From assembly GCA_904063045.1 (NCBI GenBank), contig CAJFCJ010000018.1, positions 744,001 to 808,000 on the forward strand: 64,000 nt of DNA, read 5' to 3'. The notes under the pieces are model-generated. The model worked only from the letters and a program-made list of their open reading frames with translations, searched no databases and had not been told where the DNA came from. Made by a program: the position numbers and the translations under genes. Origin of the DNA: Dimorphilus gyrociliatus (taxonomy: Eukaryota > Animalia > Annelida). This document shows, one piece after another, positions 1 through 16,253 of the stretch; the first letter of the stretch is position 1; the number at the start of each line of letters is the position of its first letter.

Positions 1-1813
1 ATGAAGTTTTTATCCAACGCCATCTGTTACATAATCGAATTTCGTTGGTCGATACATTTTGTTGTACTCGTTCAAAAAATTTAATTATTATGTATTGAAT
101 TTACCTCTTCTCAACCTCTGCCCTCTTACTTCAGATCTTGCAAGATAAAAGAATATTGGTTTAAAAAAATGCATTTAACTTTTAGCATGAAATTCTATGT
201 CATTTTTTTTTATTTTAAAAATTCTGCTTTAAATTGATTGTTTGCTCTCCTCTCAATCCCTCTCCCCTCCCTCATCCTCCTCATCCTCCTAAGTATTCGT
301 AAACTGTTGCAATGCTCTTATTACTCTCACTCTGTCTACTATCGTACCTGATAGTAATATTTCTAATATGAACCAGCATTATTCAGACGTTTTATTGAGT
401 GAAATTGTTTTGAAATTTTTTTTAAATAAAATTTTGTTAACTATTGAATGTCGTAAAGAGTCCTTTAAAGAAAACAACAATAATAACGATGATCTAATTG
501 AACAATTCATTCGGTCAAACTATCATACAGTTTTATTACGAATTCAAACGGCGTCTCAAGTTGTTACCGATTGACGTCGATTACGTCTTTTACGCTTGAT
601 GCTACCACATGTCGTTTAACAAGCAAGGGTGTTCACATTACCTGCAAGAGTTTTATTATTCGAATGAAACGCTTTAGAAAGTTTTCTATCAAAAGAATTA
701 GGGATTCTTACCTTTGGTATAAAAATAGATGAAAGTGAAATAATTAGCAATCATTAGGTTCCAATTCAACAAAAAGATTCTTGTTCACTGTTCGAGTATC
801 ATTCTCGAAACAAAAAGTCTTTATACAAATAAAACATTTTCCTACAGATTGGTTTGGGAAATCGTTTATTTATAAAATTACGTAATTTTTTTAGCCAAAG
901 AAAAAAAATGGTGTGAAGGAGTTATTTCGTTTCTTTTGATTTATTCTAATACCAGCTAAAAATAGAATGACCTCTAATTATGTTCTTTGTTGAACTACCG
1001 CACACCACGAGAACGGTAACTTCAAAGCTAATCTAAATGCAGATTCTGAAGCAAAATAGATCTTTCTTTTGTCACTATTTTCTTTGTTTATTTATGAATG
1101 TTAGCTTAGCTGCATTTTCAAGATAGATCAGATAATTAGCAAGCTAACGATTAGGTCATTATCCTATTTACTTGAAAAAAGTCATGAAACGTGGATGCTT
1201 TAACTTATTTTCGTGAAAGGAAATGTTTCAAGAAAATTCTGATTAGTTAAATATTTCAAAAATACGCTTTTTATACTTTGAACAGACCGACGTGTCTTTG
1301 TGTCATCATTCAAATTTTTTATTTAACTGGTTAATCTGTGATTAGCATGGATCCCTGTCGATGTTCAGATATTCATAGTCATATAAGTGTGTTAGAATCG
1401 ATACCAGTTTTTATAGTGAAAAATATTACTGTTAGTTCGAGAAAATTCGGCATATACATCTTCAAATAAACAAAAAAAAAAAGATTAATATTACCGGTAT
1501 TGTCTGTAAACTACAAATAAAATTGATACAAGAACGTAAAGCTTCCGAAATTTGAAGACTGACTTTTAATATACTTCATTCAGTATATAGGCATCAAGGT
1601 TGTTTTATATCTTTTAAATCCTATTACACTTATACCACAGATATGATATTAAACGAAAATGTTAAGGATTTAATCATCTTTTTAAAATGTCTGCAAATAT
1701 TGAGAAAAGAGGATATTATTTCTTTTAAATATTATATTTTCCTAGGTTTTAATTAGATCAGTTTTTGTAATTACAAAATTTATAAAAAAAACAACTGTAA
1801 ATTTTATTTTAGC

Positions 1814-3032
1814 ATGGAAAATATGGAAAATAAATCAAATGGAGAAGATCAATCAAATGAAGTGAAATCTTCAAATTCAAATACTGAAATCAACGAGGAA
1901 CCAGAATATGGGGACGACTGGTTAGACGTTCTTGGTAGTGGAGCATTAATGAAAAAGGTTTGTTAAATATTCATTTGATTACAAAGTTTTAAAACTATAT
2001 ATTAATCGGATAGATTCACAAAGAGGGTTCCGGTGAAAAACCTAATAAAGGCGACGCTGTTGTTCTGTCTGTCAAGACTTATTTAAAAGAAGGTGATACT
2101 TTAGTCGATGACAATAAAAAATTAGAATTTGTATTAGGAGATGGAGATGTCATACGGGCTTTAGAATTAACTGTGTCTCTAATGCTTGTGGGTGAGGAAT
2201 GCGAAATAATACTACAATCTAAACTTGGCTATAAGGAGTTTGGATTGAAGCCAAATATTCCTCCAAATGCAGACCTGAAAATTTTCATTCATTTCATTTC
2301 GAACGATGGACCACTTGACTATGAAAAAATGTCGGCTAAAGACAAAAGTAGTATATGCAATGCAAAAAGAGATAATGGAAACTCTCTATATAGTAGAGGA
2401 GACTATAGCGATGCCATTCAGTGCTACACCAAAGCGTTAACCATACTCGACACTTCAGGAGAAGCTATAAATGATAGTCAGGAAGACTTGCAAGAGTTAC
2501 TAGAAATTAAAGTCAAATGTCATACAAATCTGGCTGCTGCTCAATTGAAAGTGGGAGCGTATGATGCTGCAGAGCAATCATGCTCTTTGGCTCTTGCAAT
2601 TCAACCTGACAATGTTAAGGCTTTATTCAGAAAAGCTAAAGCCTTAATCAATAAAGGTTTGGTTATAATTAACATTCCGCTAAACATCTCTAAAATCTCT
2701 ACAATTAGGTGAACTCGAACAAGCATCGGAGTTAATGAAAAAAGCTCTCAGTATAGATCCTTCGGAGAGAGCAATACATTATGAACAAGCTAAACTTCTC
2801 TCACGAATTAGAGAACAAAACAATTCTCAAAAGAAAATTTATCAAAGAATGTTTGGAGGACCACACAATCCTAGTAATTCGGATGCTCCGGCAAGCAAAC
2901 AGGTATTTTAGTTTTATAAATAGTTTTGTTGCTCAAAGATATTCTTTGCAGTTGCGTCGTAAACTTTGGATAGCAGGAACAGCTTTAGCTACGGCAATTA
3001 TTTCAATAGTAATCTATTTATTAATCAATTAA
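1814..3032 (+). CDS. FKBP8: FKBP8/FKBP38 (FKBP domain, TPRs, C-terminal membrane anchor), 4 exons
   Basis: Exons 1814-1957, 2014-2656, 2709-2902, 2952-3032, all GT-AG. Motifs WLDVLGSGALMKK, TPR KCHTNLAAAQLK...NVKALFRK, IYQRMFG. Hydrophobic tail LWIAGTALATAIISIVIYLLIN. Confidence 0.93.
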
Positions 3033-3212
3033 TTAATCTTTGAATTATTAACTGGGAAAATTTAATTTGCAATACTAATTGTTCATAAAAAACTATAAAC
3101 TATAAAAAACCATAAAAATTTGTATAAACATTATTGTATTATTCAACAACATCGCCCCATTTTTATGATTTGCATTTATACGGCGATTGGCGAATTTGTA
3201 GTACAATTTTAA

Positions 3213-5861
<2,649 letters not shown>

Positions 5862-6134
5862 TTTGTACTTATATCTGAGTGTTTCTTTCACAGATGTTGT
5901 TTCATACTGCCGAGATAAAGTAACTATCTAAAATGTTGTGATCAAACATAATTTCTTACCTGTTATGTAATTATCTCCCTTATAGCACAATCAAGAATGA
6001 TAATATGGGTCTTATGACAAGGAACAACGTGTTATATATCAAAAAAGGTTCAAAAATATACGTATATTTTGATAGCAGACGATAAGCAGTTGAATGTGTC
6101 CAATACTCTAATTCGTCAACATAAGTAAACGAAT

Positions 6135-6146
6135 CATTTCCGGTTT
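6135..6146 (-). promoter_or_regulatory. ETS-type CCGGAAAT site upstream of SEL1L
   Basis: The minus strand reads AAACCGGAAATG in the SEL1L/UBE2E divergent intergenic region. Confidence 0.45.
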
Positions 6147-6370
6147 ATGAAGCCACCAATCACAAACCATGTCTATAAATTCTATTACAATGCTCAGTTG
6201 GATTTACGTTGAAAATCGACAAAAAAGTTACATAAAAGTTACTTCCTTATATAGTTAATATAAACAATGAGCCTTTAAAAGACACTTTTTATAAATTAAA
6301 AGCATAGTGCTTCTATTTTAGCAGCGACACCTACATTTCTTAAAACGGGGAGACTGTTTGTAATTCTAAA

Positions 6371-6383
6371 ACCGGAAACGGAA
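6371..6383 (+). promoter_or_regulatory. Tandem ETS-like motif ACCGGAAACGGAA
   Basis: The same 13-mer recurs at 16151, and related tandem GGAA motifs occur at 11465 and 58365. All four lie in divergent promoters. Confidence 0.55.
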
Positions 6384-6550
6384 TTCCCCAGACGTTTTCC
6401 TCTTTGTTGATCAAACGGTTTGTTACACGGGCTTTAGACTTTCTTCTATTAATAAAACCTGGTTAGTAATTCGGCTTCGTATCAAGCCGAATTTATAAAA
6501 TATATGTTTTGTTCATTCTTTGCAGAACAAATAAAGGAAAAAGTTGAAAG

Positions 6551-7488
<938 letters not shown>

Positions 7489-7754
7489 TATCTTAAACTT
7501 TTCATAACTATTTCTATGTACTCGTATTACATGTTGTAACGCAGTTGTCTTTTTCAAAATCGATATAATCGTCTACATCCTTGTTTTCGAGATTGAACTG
7601 ATTTCAAGTAGGAACACCTACAGTTAACTAAATATGAACACATTTTAAAGGAACGATTTTTATTTAATTCATAAATATATTCAAAAGACTTTAGTTCCTC
7701 AAGAAGTAAAAACCTAAACCTCACCCTGACCATATGGTGTTGTTTCATCTAAGT

Positions 7755-10700
7755 TCATCGAATAACATTTAATATAGCATTCTCATCCTCCTCTTGTTTC
7801 ATATCTTGCAAAGCATGAACCATTCTTGTCCAATCATCATTCTTTGGCGTAGCAACATTCTGTTTATTTGGATAATATAAATTACTTAGTCTAAATGAAT
7901 GTTTAAAATTTTTTACCTCGCTAACGTCCAATAAATGAACTCTTCCAACATCGTCACCAACTGCAATCATTTGACCGTTCTGATGCCAGCGACATTCATT
8001 GAGAGCGCTATCAATCGTTTCAGTAGCAAATGGCACTTCAACATCACTATTGATGTTCCATAAATCGAGTCTACCCGATGCATCTACAGCAGCAAATAAG
8101 GCTGGATGTATAGGAGACCAAGAAACATCCATAACGTAGTCATTATTGTCATCAAATGAGTGCAAGCATTTTTGTTCTTTCACACTCCATAACTTGATTG
8201 TCCAATCAAAGGAAGAAGTAAGGAAGTAGTGAGACATGTCCACAGGACCTGTCACATGATTAGAATGGATACCTGTAACAGGTCCTCCATGGGAATCAGA
8301 CAAAGAGTCGGTTATGCCTGCCTTTGAACCATGTCTGCATGCAGTATAAACCGAACCATCTTCACTTCCAAGCACCAAATTGTTAACATCGTTTGACAAA
8401 AAGGACATACTTGTTGCAGCAACACATTTAGACTGTTTATGTGTCAATTCCAGTGATTCTTGGGGTTGTGAAAGCATTTCCAGTGACCAGGAACACATCT
8501 TTCCATCCGTTGATATCGATATTAAGTTGTTTGCATTTGGTGTTCCAACTACTGTAACGCAGTATACCGGATGGGTATGAGTAGATGCTGATAGCTGCGT
8601 CTTTTGCACTGGAGTTCTTCTGGAACTGCGGTTATCCCATAAAACTATTTTTCCAGAATATGTACCACCAACGACCAAATTTGGATGAAAAGTTGCGAAA
8701 CATACAGAAGTAACAGCTGATTGACAATGAAATATATATTCTGGTGTATTTTTTTTGTACTTAGCATTCCAGATGAGGACAACCCCATCAGGCTCATGTG
8801 GAGCGTCCTCTTTTTGGTTATAAGAAGCAGCTAAAAGTTCCGGGTATTGGGTTGACCAATCCAGACAAGTAACTGTTCTACCCATTGTCCATCGTTCATC
8901 TGTAAAGGATCTCTGAAACTTGATTCGTTCCCCAATATCACTTTGCATGAGTTTACCACCGTCGCCTCCAGTATAGTCAGTGAAAATATCAACAGAACTT
9001 TCATTTAACTGCCTCTCAACTATACGAGATGTTCTATCAAAAAAGTTAATAAATTCATCTGATAACATGATCTGCCTTTGCTCTTCCTCGCTCAGCTCTC
9101 TAGGAACAGGAGGAGCAGCATTTAATTCCTTTTCTGTTTGTTGCGGGAGGTGTTGGGTATGGTGATCAGTTTTAGTAGCAGGAGGGGTATCAATTCCGAC
9201 TACTAGGGAATCGGTATCCGCATCATCCAAATCGACATATGTTAAAGCTGTAATAGATTAAAGATTGAACTTTATGACAATTGTAGTAGGACTGTTTAAA
9301 ACTTATTGAAAAACGACATTATTTACTAAAATAGCTATTGAGTGCTATGCTAACATTCAAGAGAAACTTGTCTGTTCAGCCTCAAACAAGCAAGTTAGAA
9401 CATCGATCCATTGTGGAGCATGCTTGTCACAATTTCGGAGAAAACAAAAATAAAAATATAAAAGTTTTAGCAAGAAAATCAAAAAAAAAATCCCACTCCC
9501 GTTTTTCATTACTATTTCTTTATAAGTAAAAAAAAATAGATGTTGAATATGAGGGATAGTCGTGCAGTTGCAACTCGGCTGCTCGAACAACAGTTTTTTT
9601 TCATGCCTTGAAATAAAAAAGCTAGCACAGTGACAGATTCTTTATAGATAAAAAATATCTTATGATATTATTTTTCCAAAGAGGATTTAATAAATTTTTA
9701 GTTTATGGATCTGTGTGTGTGGCATTAAGGCTATGACATAATACAATAACAACATGTATATATATATATATTCATATGATAGTATTTATAAACATATTTA
9801 TATATACATATATGTGATAAAAACATGCCACACATTCACGAAAATTCTTAACTAGGGTGTGAAGTTGATTAATTAAAAAAAATAAATGATTGGAATTCAT
9901 ACGAACGACAATAAGTCAATGAAAGAAAATAGACATGGTGAGTCAAAGATTCTTTTAAAAAAATAATTAGAAAACAAACGTCATGCACTCTAATTTTCCA
10001 TCTAAACAGCATCATCTTTAGTTTTGAATACCTGCGTGCTGAGAGTACTGGCTAAACTCGTCATCCCACTCGAGGTGGGTAGAAACAAATGGAGAATCGA
10101 GACTGATACGTGGAGAGCCTTAAACCAACACACAGATTATTACTGCAGTTTTTCCATTGAAAAGAATCGCAACAACAATTATTTTTAAGGATTAAAGAAA
10201 AACACATGTGAACATGCTCAGGAGTGTTCCTTGATGAAATCGGAAAAATTAATAATTCGAATATTTATGGCGATGTAGAACACACCCTCTTATTACTTTC
10301 ATAAAATGCAATTTAAGCGTTCTTTTTAATTTTCGCATTTAAAAATTAATGAATGATAACGACTTTGGAGGAGTGAAATTAGAAATCAACATAGATGTCT
10401 GCGTGCAGCATTCGTTCACTCTTTAGGAAATAAAAAAGTTGAAGATAACGTAAATACGACAAAACTCCGAAGACTAATGTCTAGAAAGGCTAATCTAAAC
10501 CAACACAAGTTACCATAAATTATATGAATATTCACCGTAATAATCCCAACCATGACGAGCAGCTAGTTACAACAACAACTATTAGTAAAACTTTTCAAGA
10601 ACATATTGCTTATTTAGGGAATTAAATATAAAAGATAATTAAAAATAAAATGATTTAAACCTTCTGGGGGTTCTGTGTTGGTTGTTTGAACTTCTTTACT

Positions 10701-11279
10701 GTATACAACGACTTCTCGAGGGGGTATACTTGTCTGTGTAACTTTCGAAACACTCAGAGAAACAGGCTTTAAGTTTCTATTTAAAAAGAGAATAATAAGA
10801 GATTGATGAAAAATATAAGCGGGTACTATTTACATTGGGGGTCCAGACTGCTGCGTTATAGGAATAGGAGAAGATGTATTGGAAGTTACATCGGATCTTT
10901 GAGGACTAACATTTGGCTCTGAAAAGGGAGTGGTTTATTTATTTTTAAATATTTCATTAAAAGAAATCAATTGTAATTGATTAAATAAGCCTATTATTCA
11001 AATAGAAAAAGAAGAGTTATCATAATCAAGCATACCAATTGAACTTCTACTAATTCCCAAGCCTTCTAAAAGTTTATTCGCTTCAATATCACCAATACCA
11101 AAAGATGGTTCGGCTGGCGTCTACACAAGAGAAAATAGATCATAAATTTTTCAACTTCACCTCTTTTTTTTTACCTTGCCAAGTTGCTTTCGTTTTTCCT
11201 CCTCCTTTTTTCTCTTTTCGGCCCGCATCGCCTCAAGCTTTGCCTTCTTTCTTTCTAATTCAAGTTTCCTGTCCGACAT
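7755..11279 (-). CDS. DYNC1I: Cytoplasmic dynein 1 intermediate chain
   Basis: The N-terminal helix [28 protein letters not shown] (11279-11175) is missing from the ORF track. Other exons: 11120-11036, 10918-10834, 10776-10661 (KEVQT LC8-type site), 9247-7917 (WD40 repeats) and 7859-7755. Candidate cassette exons at 10562-10536 and 10118-10032. Confidence 0.95.
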
Positions 11280-11464
11280 TATGAAGACAGTTGAATTCTA
11301 GCCATATAAAAAGGAAATAATATAATCTTATGATGCTCTAATAAACCGGAAGCATCATATATAATAAGCTGTATGGTGCTGAATCACAATCAAATTTCCT
11401 ATCAAAACACTCGAATGCGAATTGAAACCATACTACCGACACGTGGGCCACGTTGGAAACAGGC

Positions 11465-11476
11465 TCCGTTTCCGTT
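11465..11476 (-). promoter_or_regulatory. Tandem CGGAAACGGA motif in the DYNC1I/SEC61B divergent promoter
   Basis: The minus strand reads AACGGAAACGGA. A single ACCGGAAG lies at 11345-11352. Confidence 0.45.
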
Positions 11477-11558
11477 GTATTTTTTTGAGCCTGTTAAACC
11501 AGTCTGGAACGATATATCTCACTATTGACGAAGTTACTGTGAAAGCCACGTCGAAAAA

Positions 11559-12122
<564 letters not shown>

Positions 12123-12547
12123 AAACTATTACGAAAAATTTGAGAAAGTTGTTTATATCTTTAGAAATTTTTATGTTGTGAAAAGGTTACGATTAAATAA
12201 AATCGCTGACAAAAATCTTTTCATTAGTTAAACTTAGTCGTTGTCTTTTTCCTAAGCTTTATTGAGCATTCAACAAAAAATTTTAGGTTGTATTTGGATT
12301 AATTAGAAAATTGATAAAAATCATTAAACGGATTTATTCCGTCAACACATATGATCGTAGTCCAAGTATCTTTAGTTATTATTGTGATAATTATCTTCTG
12401 CTAAAAAAATTTTGAAAGATAATAATTATCTTTCATAGGCTGAAATTAGCAGACGGTGTGCAGCGAAGCACATTATTCTTCCTTTGTAAGTTAGAAATTA
12501 TTCGTCTTACTGTCATTTGAGTCAATTCAGGATCACTGGAATAAAAT

Positions 12548-14087
12548 ATGTCCTTTGCCTGTCAAAAAGACAGTTATTTAACTCACGTAAATATTAGACA
12601 TCTTACAATCGTTTTGCTAAGAGCGATAATAAGTAATTTGTATTAACAGTTGGATTCGGTTGTAAAATCATGCACTCCGAGCAAGATAATTACTCTAAAG
12701 GAAGGCAAGAAAATTAAGCTTGAAGGTTTTGATGTAATTTTGGAGGACACTGTCTTGTTTCCTGAAGGAGGAGGACAGCCTGATGACCATGGAAAAGTTG
12801 GTTTAATATAAACAAAAATGATGCAATAGTAAAAATATTAATGATTCAATGACTTGCAGATAAATGGTATTGAAGTACACCAAGTGATTAGAAAGGGAAG
12901 TGAAGCAATACACTTTCTTAAGGAACCTCTGAAAGAAGGAGAAAAGGTTGACATCCAAGTTGATTGGAAAAGACGATGGGACAACATGCAGCAGCATTCG
13001 GGCCAACATTTAATTACTGCCATCGCTGATAAGATCTACGGTTTCAAAACCACCTCATGGTTAGTTGAGAAGTAACACTTCATTTTTCGTTTATAGCATC
13101 TGCGTACTTATCATTTTCATAGGAGTATGGGAGAGAAAATTTCTTTTATCGAACTTGATGTTCCCAAAATAAAAGAAGAAGAATTAAAAATTATAGAAGA
13201 AGAAACAAATAGCTGCATTCGAAAAGGCTTAAAAATGTTTCCTACATGGTATGAAAGTATAAATGATCCTAAATTTCAAGAAGTTAGGACTAGAGGTTTG
13301 CCCGATGACCATAAAGGAAGTATACGAGTAGTTACGATCGAAGGGATTGATAATAACACATGCTGCGGTACTCATGTTAGCAATTTATCACATCTTCAAG
13401 CTATTAAATTACTATCAACCACTAAGGGTAAGAAAGGCAAAACAAACGTTTATTTCCTAGTGGGTCAACGCGTGTTGGATTTTGTCGAATTCTCATATAG
13501 CCAACAGGAAAAATTTAAATCTTACTTGAAAGGAAGTCCTGAACAGCACGTTGAACTGTTAGAAGTCTTACAGAAAAACTATGTTACAGCTAGTAAAGAG
13601 AATAGTAATCTTCTTAAGGATATTGCCAAGTTAGAGGCAGATAAGTGGAAAAGAGAGCCATGCAAATTTTTATCTTTACATAGGACAGAGGGTCAGTTAG
13701 ATTTTATGAATACTCTCCTAAGAGAAATTGATGATGAGGTAGATATTTCAGCTAAGAATCAAATTTGCTTTCATTCATAAATGACTTTAATACCTAGAAT
13801 TTGATTGCTTTTCTAACAACTGGAAATGAGAATGGCCAAGGAAGTTATATGATCGTTGGCCCTGAAAGTTTTTTGAAAGACGTTGCTCCAAGGTAAAATT
13901 AAATTTGAGATTTTTTTCTGTAGTTTTAACAAATATTTAACGGGAATCTATTTTAAAAAATGACCATAGCATGTCATCTCTAATTGAAGGCAAAGGCTTT
14001 CTGAAAAACAACCGCTTTCAGGGAAAAGCCAATAAACTATCAAAACGTAAGGAAGCCGAAGATGTATTAAGAGAGAAATTAAAATGA
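12548..14087 (+). CDS. AARSD1: AlaX-type alanyl-tRNA editing protein
   Basis: MSFACQKDSY start, LEDTVLFPEGGGQPDD, zinc motifs QQHSGQH and CCGTH, C-terminal RFQGKANKLSKR. Confidence 0.93.
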
Positions 14088-14374
14088 AAACAAAAATTTC
14101 TTTATTGGAATAAACGATTCTTATCTTGAAAGCAATGACTCATTAATACCATACTTTAAATAGCAATAACTTAACTTTCCTCTTTTTAAATTAATGTTGC
14201 CAAGGTAATTCACACCTAATTAAAAATTTCCTAAGAACTCAAAAGCCCATTATATTTACAAACTTTTAAAATACTGCGATCGTATTTTAAAATTGGATAT
14301 GTATAGATATTTACAAGGATTATATACGCAATGCAAGTTAATTTAATGTATGTTAATCTCATAAAGGTTTCTCT

Positions 14375-15919
14375 TTATATAATCTGACTAGCCGCACTCT
14401 GACTTATGTATATGATAGAGCCAGTAATATTTACAACTGCCGCTAGGACGAATACAGGAAACCATCTTTTGTTCGACTTGACGACCAACTCTGCAGTTAA
14501 AGGTCCGCAAGTGATACCAGGGATAGTGGCCAAAGTGTTGCTGACGGCGAAAGTAATACCAGCATGATTTGGTGCGATATCTGCATGATTGCTCAAATGT
14601 CCTGAAGCATTGCAAGCACTAAGACCCATAGAAACAGAAATAAGTCTGTCGAATAAATAGAGTAAAGAATTATGATTGTTTGTAGAAAAGGGGAACTTAC
14701 ATAACTGCCATAACGAAATTATTAGCAGCACTAAACAGAAGGATAAATAAGGCTGGTCCAATTAAACCAATAGTTGTCATTAGGCGACGAACTGATAAAA
14801 CAGTCCATTTATGTGAGATTAAGGCATCTGCAAAGTGTCCTGAAGTCATTCCAACAAGTGAATTCATAACATATGGAACGGCTGTAAACATAATTTCTTC
14901 TCTTTTGGCTTCAAGGCCTCTGGCAAAGTAAGTTGGTAACCATTGCATTATTATATAATTCGACCAATTCATACTAAAATGGGCGATGTATGTGGACCAT
15001 AAGGGCCAATGGCGAATGAACTCTGTCCAATGAACGTTTGTACTATTTAATTTTGGTGGTTGAACAAACTCCTCTTCAATTGGTCCCCGAATTTCTTTGT
15101 ATAATATCACCCATAAAAGTACCCACATGAAACCCATTAAACCAAAAAGGTAGAAACTTGCTCGCCAAGGCAAGTTAGGGCAAATCTGTTAAGAAAAGAA
15201 AAGAATCTCAATGAATAATTAGTCTCGAAAGTAGTTTATATACATTTAAGTATAATCTAACACTAATCTTTATAAAAAATGTTTAAGTCTTTAGATATTC
15301 TCTGATAGTTAAAAAGTATACTACCAAAAACTTGCATCTTATGTATAAAAAAATATGATACTTCGCACAATCTAAAATTTCGATAAAGCTAAGGTTTTAA
15401 GCACTAAAATATAAAGATCATTAATTTGTAGTCAAACAGCTAATTTAATACGCTTTGAAAACCAACCAATGCAGTTAACGTTTGCCCAATTGAACCGAAA
15501 CCAATGAGATAGCTAAATGCACGCGATCTTTCTTCAATTGGTATTGTGTGTGCAAATATATGAAAAATTGTAGGCAAACCAAAACCTTCGCCAATTCCAA
15601 GCAAAACTCTCAAAGTTATCAAGCAGTAAATCGAATTGGAAAATAATGGAGTAACAAACGTGGATAAGGACCACATGGTAACAGCTAATGTTAGAAACTT
15701 CTTTCCTCCATGACGTTTAACCAGACTTCCAGCTAAAAGCTGACTTGTCATATATCCTATTGCAAATGAGCTTAGAATCCATCCTTGTCCATGCAGATCC
15801 CATTCATGCTCATCAGACATAGGTATGATTGCTATTGGCATGAGTACCCTGTCAGCTGCTAGTATTAAGTTGGCCAAAGAGCATAGAGAAACAATTGTTT
15901 TTGTCTTTGTATATGACAT
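14375..15919 (-). CDS. SLC17-family MFS anion transporter (SLC17A9/VNUT-like), 3 exons
   Basis: Exons 15919-15467, 15185-14701, 14645-14375. GWILSSFAIGY, LRVLLGIGEG, HADIAPNHAGITFAVSNT. The orthologue within SLC17 is uncertain. Confidence 0.82.
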
Positions 15920-16150
15920 CTTGATAACTCTTCTATCTCATAATCTATTTTCGAATTAGTATTTGTAGATGATTTACGATGTCATATTTTCAACTTTTCG
16001 CTCTTCATGTGAGCCTTGTTTTACGTGGACGTGGTTTTCGTAAACGCAAAAATTATTTTGACTAAAAATTTTTCATAAAAATAAATTTAGGATATCATAT
16101 TTGAAGAAAATTAATTTATTATTAATTTACGAAAAGATCTTTATTTGTTA

Positions 16151-16165
16151 ACCGGAAACGGAAAT
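16151..16165 (+). promoter_or_regulatory. Tandem ETS-like motif ACCGGAAACGGAAAT in the SLC17/CCDC153 divergent promoter
   Basis: Shares the 13-mer ACCGGAAACGGAA with position 6371. Confidence 0.55.
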
Positions 16166-16253
16166 TTCCAATGTATACATCTCCATGTTAGTTTATAGTA
16201 ACGGAGGGCTTGTTGAAAGTTTTTTAAAAAGTAAAAAAAAAAGAAGATAAACT

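Noticed and set aside
1-800. ORF 368-574 and several minus-strand AG|GT sites (near 100, 345, 640, 706), which could be exons or recursive splice sites
   Set aside because: No frame links up without stops and there is no recognisable homology. More likely UTR or regulatory DNA of a gene beyond the window edge.
9338-9640. Short ORFs and a TTTCAAG acceptor in the dynein IC long intron
   Set aside because: There is no matching donor and the frames hit stops, so I could not support them as exons.
16191-16202. GTTTATAGTAAC as an RFX X-box upstream of ciliary CCDC153
   Set aside because: Only the half-site matches, which is too weak to call.
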